DNA of 64,000 nucleotides, from NCBI GenBank assembly GCA_029258835.1, contig JAPDJY010000035.1, positions 64,001 to 128,000 of the forward strand. Direction: 5' to 3'. Of this stretch, positions 30,132 through 37,896 are shown piece after piece. The notes beneath the pieces are model-generated. The model had not been told where the DNA came from. It ran no database searches and saw nothing but the letters and a program-made list of their open reading frames with translations. Every line of letters starts with the position of its first letter. Within the stretch, counting starts at the first letter, position 1. Both the position numbers and the translations under genes were made by a program. Source of the stretch: Thermoproteota archaeon. Its GTDB lineage: Archaea; Asgardarchaeota; Jordiarchaeia; Jordiarchaeales; Freyrarchaeaceae.

Positions 30132-30980
30132 GTTAGAACGTACGTTGCCTTAACCATAGACCTTGACAGGGACTACCCACTTCCGGTTAGGGGTAAGCTT
30201 GAAGCCTCCAGCTATATTCCAGACGGAAGACCAAACTTTACCTGTACAAAGACTGGATTAAGGGAAGTGATCCGCCTCTTGGAGGAAAACGGCATAAAAG
30301 CTTCCTTCTTCGTAGAAGCCGTAACTTTGCAGCACCTACAACTCCAAGAAGAAGAATCAATTAGACCAATCGCGGAGAACGAGGTTGGATGCCATGGACT
30401 AAACCATGAAGACCTCACCGGAAAACACACAGGTCTTCAACTCACGCCAACACAGCAACTTGAAAGTATTAAAAAAGCAACAGAAATTATAGCCCGTATA
30501 ACTGGCGTTAAACCGTTAGGGTTTAGGGCGCCTTACTTATCTATTAACCGTAGCATAGAAAGAATCCTTGCAGACTTAAATTACATGTATGATTCATCGA
30601 AGTATCTGGAAGTATTTAAGCCACCTCACCCATATTTTCTTGGGTGTAAGCTTATCGAGGTCCCTTTACCACTATATCCTATCGGCAAAAGGAAGGCAAC
30701 ACTTTACACTTGGACGCTGCTGGAGGGAAAAAGAACGCTTGAGGAATACAAGAATATTCTAACCACATATATAGAAAACGATGACGGAGGCATACTAATG
30801 GTTTCAACACATACGTGGCATCTAGCGTATAATATATCAAAATGTAAGAAGCTGCCTCCTAAACAAGTAAGAGAAAACATCTATAAGATACATGATCTTC
30901 TGGCGTACCTTGAATCCAAAGGAGCGCGCATAACCCCGATAGCAGAATATTTAAAGCAGAAGGGATTTTCCAAAGGATAG
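30132..30980 (+). CDS. Polysaccharide deacetylase family protein (start uncertain)
   Basis: ASFFV, EVGCHGLNHE, GFRAPY, YDSS and THTWH motifs. The frame is open back to 30132 and includes VALTIDLDRD, upstream of the track start at 30267. Confidence 0.8.
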   Translation, partial: VRTYVALTIDLDRDYPLPVRGKLEASSYIPDGRPNFTCTKTGLREVIRLLEENGIKASFFVEAVTLQHLQLQEEESIRPIAENEVGCHGLNHEDLTGKHTGLQLTPTQQLESIKKATEIIARITGVKPLGFRAPYLSINRSIERILADLNYMYDSSKYLEVFKPPHPYFLGCKLIEVPLPLYPIGKRKATLYTWTLLEGKRTLEEYKNILTTYIENDDGGILMVSTHTWHLAYNISKCKKLPPKQVRENIYKIHDLLAYLESKGARITPIAEYLKQKGFSKG

Positions 30981-31068
30981 GTTCTAACAGTCTAATTCTT
31001 TAAATTGAGTTTAAGTTTTATTTTTTAGAACGTGAAGGTTTCGCATAGGCGATTAATGAGGTGGTCTA

Positions 31069-31589
31069 GTGACCGTTTACTCATTTAGAGGGAAAACGCC
31101 TCAAATAGATCCTTCAGCCTTTATCGCCCCTAACGCCACGATAATAGGAAACGTTAGAGTTCTGAGAGATGCGAGCATATGGTTTAGCGCTGTGCTAAGA
31201 GGAGATCTTGAACTAATAGAGATCGGCGAACGAACAAACATTCAGGATAACGTGACTATACACGCTGATCCTGGATGCCCTTGCCGTATAGGCAACGATG
31301 TCATAGTAGGACATAACTCTGTTCTGCACGGTTGCACAATAGGAAATAACGTAGTGGTCGGTATGGGAAGTGTCATCCTTAACGGCGCGAAGATCGGGGA
31401 TGGAAGTATAGTTGGCGCGGGAACGGTAATAACCGAAAGAAAAGAATTTCCTCCAAATAGTCTTATAGTAGGAAACCCTGCCATACTTAAAAAGCAACTT
31501 TCTCCAGAGGTAATAGCTAGAATAAAAATGGTGCTGAGATCTACGTTCAATTAGCTCGAGATTACATAAAAATTCTCTCGGAAAAATAG
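31069..31589 (+). CDS. Gamma carbonic anhydrase family protein (apparent -1 frameshift near C-terminus)
   Basis: Hexapeptide repeats with LRGD, NIQDN..IH and GHNSVLHGC. The family C-terminal helix NGAEIYVQLARDY is in the -1 frame after the A5 run at 31524-31528. Confidence 0.85.
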
Positions 31590-31687
31590 AAGGTCCTTAT
31601 TAGAGCCGCCCATAAGAAAAACCCGAATATACAAGTAATTAAGAGGGCATTCGGCTACTAGCCTATAGTTTTAGAGGGCGCTTTAAG

Positions 31688-32251
31688 TTGGCATGTTATG
31701 ATATTGTGAGACGCGTCATAGAGGAGTTAGACGCTTTCGCTTCATTCAAACCTCCCTTATTTTCAAGTGTCCTGTTCAGTAACTCTACATATCTTTTTTT
31801 AAGAAAGAATGTGTTAAACGGGAGCATTTTCTCTCTTTTGAAGGGATTAAAGGAAATGCAGAAATTTTACAGGCGAACTCTACACTTTCGTGCTTTCATT
31901 TTCTCTTTACTCGCTTGCTTTATCACCTCCTTTTTTGCTCCCATCTTGGGATTAAACGAAGCTTTTACAATATTTCCTGTCACAGCATGCTTCTTAGCAA
32001 TCACCTTCATCTTCTTAGGTGACTACGTTATTTATAGGGCTCACATGCCGGTAGCTACTCGGCTATTTGCCCTGCAAGCAAAGGAGGCCAGAGCAGTAGC
32101 TCAACTTTTAATTTCTCTTCACTCGGGAAGTTTAAAAACACTGAAAGTTTTTTACCCAAGATACTATGATGTGACCGTGGTGGGAAGAGCCATCACATTT
32201 AACCCTTTCCTAATGGTGAAGCTGCTAGTAGCTACTAAGAGCCGCTCCTGA
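31688..32251 (+). CDS. Hypothetical membrane protein
   Basis: 187-aa ORF with two hydrophobic segments; no recognised family. Confidence 0.55.
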   Translation: MACYDIVRRVIEELDAFASFKPPLFSSVLFSNSTYLFLRKNVLNGSIFSLLKGLKEMQKFYRRTLHFRAFIFSLLACFITSFFAPILGLNEAFTIFPVTACFLAITFIFLGDYVIYRAHMPVATRLFALQAKEARAVAQLLISLHSGSLKTLKVFYPRYYDVTVVGRAITFNPFLMVKLLVATKSRS

Positions 32252-33533
32252 CCTTCTCCAGTAGGAGCTTGATTATTTCTGCGTCGCTAAGTACGCCTTC
32301 AGGTGGTTTTAAAAAGTCCTTCAATATTATTGGAATGGAATCCATCCTGTAGGCGATTCCTCCAGCTTCTATTCCTGTAATTGCTGCGGGGATAGCAACT
32401 TGTGCGTGCTCCACCGTAGCAGTCCTAAAGCAATCTATAACAATTAATGGTTTCCGGACGAGTTTTCTAACTAGTTCTATTGGAAAGCTGAATACAGGAT
32501 TGGAACCTATGATAAGTGCTGCGTCAAACTCGTCTCTTCCAAGCATTTCAGCAAACGTCGTCTCTCCGGGATTTGAATATGGTGCCCCTCGACTGAAATC
32601 GATTCCAAAGGGAAAGCCAACAGTCTGTGTTGCAACATGATTAAAGCCAATCATGTTGTAATGCCCTGCCATTGGTAAAACTACAAAACGTGTGTACTCG
32701 TTTAACTCCCAGACCAGTTTGATGAGCGCTGCCAAGTTACGATATTTCCCTTTACTAGCTAAAAGCCCCATCCCGTAAAAGACAGCTCCAAAATCCCTGC
32801 TTTTCCATTCATCAATAATTCTTCTTAACGTTTTAAGGGGTACACCTGCAATTTTATCTGACCGGACGTCTTTACCTTTTAAGAGCAATCTCATAGCAGA
32901 GATCAATTCGTAATCCCTGTTTGGCTCGACTTCAACCAAAAAATTAGCAACCTTCCCAACTCTAGTTTTCCTTATATCAAAAACGTAAACTTGCCTTTGC
33001 TCATAACCGCTCTGCGTATACGCCCCCCTAGGAAGAACACTATACCTGCCAAGATGGCGAGGATGAGAGTGTCCTGGATCACTTCCCCAGTAAACGATAA
33101 CATCCGCCTTGTTCAACACTTCACCCAGTGTAGCCGTCGGAAAACCACTCTCTGAGCCGGCGATCCAAGTAGCACTATGGCAAATGGAGCCGGTTCCATC
33201 GATGACGCCTCTTACTTCACGTGCTAATTCTATACCTAACAGTTGAGCCTCAACAGAGGAAGAGCTCCATCCCCAAAGCACGGGTCTCTCAGCATTAAGT
33301 AGAATCTCAGCAGCCTTCTCGATCGCTTCATCAATGGTTGCCTCTCTTTTTCCTCCATCCCTTATAAATGGTTTTAGAAGCCTTTCCTCGCTCTTTGCCT
33401 TTAAAAATTTCTCCTCACCATGGCCGCATAAGTTGAAAGTAGAAGTAATTTTCCCATCTTCGACCTCAACTATAACATCATCACATAACAAACCGCATCC
33501 GGTACAAACAGTTTTAACCTTCAACCATGCCAC
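32235..33533 (-). CDS. fwdB: Formylmethanofuran dehydrogenase subunit B-like
   Basis: CTGCGLLCDD..C, SICH, TLGEV, HSHPRH..RYS, GHYN, NPGET and YRMD motifs. Confidence 0.9.
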   Translation of the reverse strand: MAWLKVKTVCTGCGLLCDDVIVEVEDGKITSTFNLCGHGEEKFLKAKSEERLLKPFIRDGGKREATIDEAIEKAAEILLNAERPVLWGWSSSSVEAQLLGIELAREVRGVIDGTGSICHSATWIAGSESGFPTATLGEVLNKADVIVYWGSDPGHSHPRHLGRYSVLPRGAYTQSGYEQRQVYVFDIRKTRVGKVANFLVEVEPNRDYELISAMRLLLKGKDVRSDKIAGVPLKTLRRIIDEWKSRDFGAVFYGMGLLASKGKYRNLAALIKLVWELNEYTRFVVLPMAGHYNMIGFNHVATQTVGFPFGIDFSRGAPYSNPGETTFAEMLGRDEFDAALIIGSNPVFSFPIELVRKLVRKPLIVIDCFRTATVEHAQVAIPAAITGIEAGGIAYRMDSIPIILKDFLKPPEGVLSDAEIIKLLLEKVRSGS

Positions 33534-33683
33534 CCTTCATTAGCATTTAACTTAGGATGTGAAAACTTCTCATTTACCTATATTTAGGTTTTTATTTGAT
33601 GGCTCATAGGAGTTAAAGTAAACTTTAATTTGGTACGCCTTAGAAGCACTCTTCCCGTGAACTAGCGATTGTAAAAGACGAAG

Positions 33684-34238
33684 GGGTTAATAGCGATAGC
33701 TGATAGGTTAAAAGAGCATTCCATTGAGGCCGTGCATGAACTGAAAGAGATGAACTTAGAGGTCATCATGTTGACCGGAGACAATTGGAGGACTGCTAAA
33801 GCAATAGCGGACCAAGTAGGTGTGGACCATATACTAGCTGAGGTCCTACCTGAGGATAAGGCGCATGTGATAAAAAGGCTTCAAACGGAGGGAAAGACCG
33901 TGGCTATGGTTGGCGATGGAATAAATGACGCGCCGGCTCTTGCGCAGGCAGACGTAGGAATCGCTATAGGGTCGGGGACAGACATAGCAATCGAAGCGGG
34001 AGATATAATTCTCATTAAGGATGATTTAAGAGACATCGCCTTATCTATAAAGTTAAGTAGAAAAACTGTAAGTAAGATAAAGCAAAACTTGTTTTGGGCT
34101 TTCATATACAACGCAGCAGTCATCCCTATAGCCGCCGGCATCCTTTACCCCTTACTTTTACATCCTGCAATAGCAGCAGCTGCAATGGCTATGAGCTCTG
34201 TTAGCGTCGTAACAAACTCTCTTCTACTTAAAAGGTGA
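33684..34238 (+). pseudogene. copA: 5'-truncated Cu(I) P1B-type ATPase fragment
   Basis: [36 protein letters not shown] and MAMSSVSV are present. The N-terminal metal-binding, A and CPC/DKTG regions are absent and there is no room for them upstream. Confidence 0.85.
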
Positions 34239-34277
34239 ATATAGAGAAACTGAGAAGAGGAAGGGGGAGGCGATATA

Positions 34278-34439
34278 GTGGAAGATATAGGAAAGGTTAT
34301 AGACCCTGTATGCAAAATGGAGGTTGACAAGAGGACTGCTAAATGGAAAAGCGAGTATAAAGGTAGAACATATTACTTCTGCGCTCCCGGATGCAAACAA
34401 GCATTTGAAGAAGAACCTGAAAGATACTTAAAAAATTAG
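34278..34439 (+). CDS. YHS/TRASH domain metal-binding protein (53 aa)
   Basis: Not in ORF track. MEDIGKVIDPVCKMEVDKRTAKWKSEYKGRTYYFCAPGCKQAFEEEPERYLKN; GGAGG RBS; follows the copA fragment. Confidence 0.9.
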   Translation: MEDIGKVIDPVCKMEVDKRTAKWKSEYKGRTYYFCAPGCKQAFEEEPERYLKN

Positions 34440-34484
34440 GGAGTATAGGAAGTTTTATTCTTTCTTTTTTTTATTATACTTTTA

Positions 34485-34961
34485 TTATACTGTTCTTAGT
34501 TCGATAGCCCCGCTGAAGCAGTATAGTTCACACACCCTACACGTTTTAATGGGACCATATCGCCTGCACTTTGTAAGGTCTATCACCTTAATTTTCCCGT
34601 CTTCCACCCTGAAAACTACGTCGTCTTTTATTTCTCCTTTTCCGCTCCCTATAAGAGGGTGTTCCGCCGCTATAGCTGGGCAGCCAACCACACAATTGCC
34701 GCACCCGGTGCACTTTTCTGGATGTATTATAAGTCCCGTCTCCGCAACAGCGTCCTTAGGTGCAAATAACTCTCTAAGTTGTTGAAGCTTGTCTTTATAC
34801 TTTGGGTCTTCAACTAGTGGAGGGCAATCCTCTGGTTTCTTCTCTCCTTTAAGAAGTTGGACGGCAAAAACCATGCAGTTTGGCAGGCCACACTTTTTAC
34901 AGTTGGTTCCTGGGAGAAGCTTATAAATTTGATAGGCATTAAGTTTTGACATCTTTCCCAC
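34485..34961 (-). CDS. fwdG: FwdG-like ferredoxin with N-terminal FeS domain (RnfB/CdhE type)
   Basis: LPGTNCKKCGLPNC..CP plus CTGCGNCVVGCP and CRVCELYC; located in the fwd cluster. Confidence 0.7.
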   Translation of the reverse strand: MGKMSKLNAYQIYKLLPGTNCKKCGLPNCMVFAVQLLKGEKKPEDCPPLVEDPKYKDKLQQLRELFAPKDAVAETGLIIHPEKCTGCGNCVVGCPAIAAEHPLIGSGKGEIKDDVVFRVEDGKIKVIDLTKCRRYGPIKTCRVCELYCFSGAIELRTV

Positions 34962-34967
34962 CTTCTG

Positions 34968-36494
34968 TTACACGGAAGAAAGCGCGACTTTCAGTACTTT
35001 TTCCATTTCGCTTAGTTCTAAGTCGAAGGAGTAAAAACGCTCCATCAAAGCAAAGACATCGTCTGGGGGTTCTCCTTCCCTCTTAGCCCAGAGCGTTTTC
35101 CCCGCAGTTGAACGCATTACCTCCCCATTTTTGACTATAATTTCCCCGCCTTTTATAGTGTATGCTGTTTTGGATAGGGCTTTAACCAGGGCCTCATAGT
35201 CTTTACTTGGATCCGTACTCTCTGGGTTGAAGTCATACACTGCCACATCTGCTTCCGCGCCACGTGAGAGGTTTCCTTTCCCATTTAACCCTAAGGCCGC
35301 GGCTGGACTACACCTAGTTACCATGAACAATTCTTGTAAGGTGAGCTCTTGGTCTAACTGTGAGAGTTGCCCGTTCTTATCCATTTTTTCTCTTGCTTTT
35401 TTACTTACAAGCCACGCTGCTACAAGGGGGTAATCTGATGCTAACCCACAGTTTGGATGATTCACTGTTAATTGCACTTTTGAGAGATCTTTCACGTTGA
35501 GAAGTAGTTTAAGTCCTACTGCCCAAAGCTCACCCAGTTTTTCTCCTACTTTAATTAGGGTTGAAACGCCCTCTATTTCGATTTGATCCAGAAAACTTAG
35601 TCTTCCAAGATGAGCGTAGGCGAGATACGGGTCAGAAGACGTCATGATTTTTCCTGTTAACGTAGTCTGCCCTATCTCGGCCTCTATGTTCGAAGCTGAA
35701 TTTATGTACTTGGCGAGTTCCTCAGCTTTTTCTTCTTCCTCTCCGAACGTGTAGAGCTGTGCATGCGCCAAGTGTACTTTTCCAACTTCCCTTAACTTTT
35801 CTAACGTTCTAACTGCTTTTTCGTATCCTCCCTTCTGTAAGGCGCCATCTGGATGGATGTGGAGAGGGGACGGTAGGTTAAGGATTTGCGAGGCTTTCAA
35901 AATGAACTCGGCATATTCCAAGGGACTTACTCCTAAATGTCTTATTTTTTCTTCCATTCCTTTCCACTCTCTTTTCCATGTCCAAGCCTCGGCGCTCAGC
36001 GGATTAACAAGTTTAATTCCATACGTTTTTGTTGTTCTTAGAAGCCATGCTATAGTGTCAGCGGCGGCTTTAACGTCTCCCTGCTGGGCGAGCGTTAACA
36101 GAAACCAGTTGGAGTCGAGGAGGAGTAGGCATGCTTTATCTAGTGAGTGGGCTTCTTGAAGCCAAAGGTGTGTGTGGAGAGCTCTTGAAAAGAATGTCCC
36201 GGACTCCACTATGAAGGTGTAACCATTCTTGAGGTATACTTCACCTGTTTCTCTTGGAAGAGGTACTTTTAAATTGATCATTTTAGCGAAACTTAACGTT
36301 TGCGCCGCTAAGTGGGTGTGGCAGTCTATCCCTCCAGGAACGACCATTTTCCCCTTTACATCTAAAACCTTGCTTTCCCTTTCGTCCACTTGATCCACGA
36401 TGAAGCCGTCCTTAATCATAATATCCATTTTTTCTCCTTCTATTCCGTTAAGCGGGTCAAAAACGAACCCGTTCTTCAATATTATTCCGCTCAT
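34968..36494 (-). CDS. fwdA: Formylmethanofuran dehydrogenase subunit A-like amidohydrolase (divergent)
   Basis: NGFVFDPLNGI, PGGIDCHTH, GYT, YGIKLVNP, LHIH, NHPN, GAEADVAVY and YTIKGGEIIV motifs. Confidence 0.85.
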   Translation of the reverse strand: MSGIILKNGFVFDPLNGIEGEKMDIMIKDGFIVDQVDERESKVLDVKGKMVVPGGIDCHTHLAAQTLSFAKMINLKVPLPRETGEVYLKNGYTFIVESGTFFSRALHTHLWLQEAHSLDKACLLLLDSNWFLLTLAQQGDVKAAADTIAWLLRTTKTYGIKLVNPLSAEAWTWKREWKGMEEKIRHLGVSPLEYAEFILKASQILNLPSPLHIHPDGALQKGGYEKAVRTLEKLREVGKVHLAHAQLYTFGEEEEKAEELAKYINSASNIEAEIGQTTLTGKIMTSSDPYLAYAHLGRLSFLDQIEIEGVSTLIKVGEKLGELWAVGLKLLLNVKDLSKVQLTVNHPNCGLASDYPLVAAWLVSKKAREKMDKNGQLSQLDQELTLQELFMVTRCSPAAALGLNGKGNLSRGAEADVAVYDFNPESTDPSKDYEALVKALSKTAYTIKGGEIIVKNGEVMRSTAGKTLWAKREGEPPDDVFALMERFYSFDLELSEMEKVLKVALSSV

Positions 36495-36913
36495 TCTCTA
36501 TTCCCTTCTACCTCTTCAATCATTTTCTTGATTTCTTCTAACGTAGTTACTTCACTACTGGTAACTTCCAACGTTGCCTTTACAAGATAGTAATGTTCTC
36601 CCCATGTAACCTGAATGTCCTTTTCGGAGATGGCATTAAACCATGGACCATTCGGCATAAGTGCTAATCCAGGTTTGGTTTCATCGCTTTCATATGCCTT
36701 AACTACAACGTTCCCATGATCGGTTGTGACCTTAACCTTATCCCCATTTTTCACTCCATTCTTTCCCATGTCTTCCTTGCTTAGAAGGATAACTGCCGTG
36801 GTTTCAACATATCCTTCCATGCCTTTCTCTGCTTTCTCGATCGATTGCTCGACAGAGCGAACTCCACAAATGGTGACCTCAAATTTAGGAGCTAAAAGCC
36901 TGAGTAGCGACAT
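36491..36913 (-). CDS. fwdD: Formylmethanofuran dehydrogenase subunit D-like
   Basis: Molybdopterin dinucleotide-binding domain (GDKVKVTTDHGNVVV, MPNGPWFN); first gene of the fwd cluster. Confidence 0.85.
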   Translation of the reverse strand: MSLLRLLAPKFEVTICGVRSVEQSIEKAEKGMEGYVETTAVILLSKEDMGKNGVKNGDKVKVTTDHGNVVVKAYESDETKPGLALMPNGPWFNAISEKDIQVTWGEHYYLVKATLEVTSSEVTTLEEIKKMIEEVEGNRE

Positions 36914-37027
36914 TCTAAGACGCTCCTTTCATTCAGGCTATTTTAGGCAAGCTTAAAATAAAACTTTTACCGCTTTTAATCCTCGATAGTTAAAAGGGCC
37001 ATAATGTTTGCTGGAGGCGGGAGCATT

Positions 37028-37882
37028 GTGAAGGGATGGCTATTCGAAATCTTCTCCTCCTACCAATCCTTACTAAAATAAGGGGTGAAGGGGAGGGTGG
37101 AAGCGTAAAGGGGTCAAATTACGGGAAGCGGACGATATAGGCCATCCGAGGGGCCGTCGACTTATCCGCTTCTCGGGGTGTAACATATGGTTAGGAGAGT
37201 TTGGTAGGCGAGGGTGTGGGTGGTGCGACACCTTAAACGGCGCCAGACGCCCCACGCCGCTCAGCCTAAATCTGAATATTTGAAGATATCAACAGTTGAA
37301 GAAGGCATGTTTCAAGTGAAAAATCCCGTGGAGCCAGGACTAGTTGTAGAATACGTTAAACGTGTCCACTCACCAGATGTTCACGCGATTTCCCTGACAG
37401 GAGGGGAACCATTATTTCAACTAGAGTTCCTCGCTTCAATAATGAAAGCCCTTAAAGGGGAAGGATACAAAACATACTTGGAAACCAACGGTTCAATGCC
37501 GGAACGAATGGATAAAATAGCATTCTTAACAGACTATTGTTGCTGTGATATTAAAGATGAAACGGCAGGTGCAGCAGAAAACTGGAGACGGCTCGTTGAG
37601 CTGGAGCTAAAAACAATAAGTATACTTATAGATAATGGTGTCAGCGTCTTCGCTAAGGTTGTCGTTACTTCGGAGACGAAGCCTGAAAACGTTGAATGGT
37701 ATGCATCAAAGCTTTCAAGGATGGACTGCCCGCTATGTATTCAACCGGTAACGCCTATAAGGAATTATAGGCCGCCTTCACAACGCCAACTCTTCAGCTT
37801 CACGGAGGCGGCAGCAAAACATCTTGGGAGCGATAATGTGGCCATATCTGTTCAAGTACACAAGTTTTTGGGTATACCTTAA
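37028..37882 (+). CDS. queE: 7-carboxy-7-deazaguanine synthase, split into 4 exons: join(37028..37066,37090..37138,37162..37229,37247..37882)
   Basis: Joined exons give 792 nt and 263 aa: MKGWLFEIFSSYQGEGGSVKGSNYGKRTIFIRFSGCNIWLGEFGRRGCGWCDTPHAAQPK...SLTGGEPL..YLETNG..DIK..QPV..QVHKFLGIP. Clustered with DUF366 and queD. Confidence 0.9.
37067..37089 (+). other. BHB mRNA micro-intron 1 of queE (23 nt)
   Basis: TCCTTACTAAAATAAGGGGTGAA. Central helix UACC/GGUG, bulges AA^U and AA^G, intron stem CCUUA/UAAGG. Contains in-frame TAA; removal restores Q|GEG. Confidence 0.88.
37139..37161 (+). other. BHB mRNA micro-intron 2 of queE (23 nt)
   Basis: AGGCCATCCGAGGGGCCGTCGAC. Central helix CGAU/GUCG, bulges AU^A and AC^U, intron stem GGCC/GGCC, exon stem GAAGCGGA/UCCGCUUC. 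Removal restores TIFIRFSGCN. Confidence 0.86.
37230..37246 (+). other. Relaxed-BHB mRNA micro-intron 3 of queE (17 nt)
   Basis: ACCTTAAACGGCGCCAG. Central helix UGCG/CGCC (3 of 4 pairs), bulges AC^A and AG^A, intron stem CC/GG, exon stem GGUGUGGG/CCCACGCC. Removal restores CGWCD|TP. Confidence 0.78.
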
Positions 37883-37896
37883 GGGGAGGCACCCAC

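Noticed and set aside
30103-30137. Hairpin as a BHB intron or SECIS with Sec at TGA 30129
   Set aside because: The bulge is 4 nt, canonical cuts do not restore the frame, it does not match SECIS consensus, and Sec at residue 2 of a deacetylase is implausible.
32235-33533. Selenocysteine in FwdB (also checked for the HdrBC fusion)
   Set aside because: The frames are open with Cys codons and have no in-frame TGA.
37214-37246. ORF-track start of queE at 37214
   Set aside because: It omits the radical-SAM cysteines; this stretch is exon 3 and intron 3 read out of frame.
37028-37283. queE as a decayed pseudogene or sequencing-error frameshift
   Set aside because: The disruptions are 17-23 nt structured inserts whose canonical BHB cut sites restore conserved motifs exactly three times, and the rest of the gene is intact.
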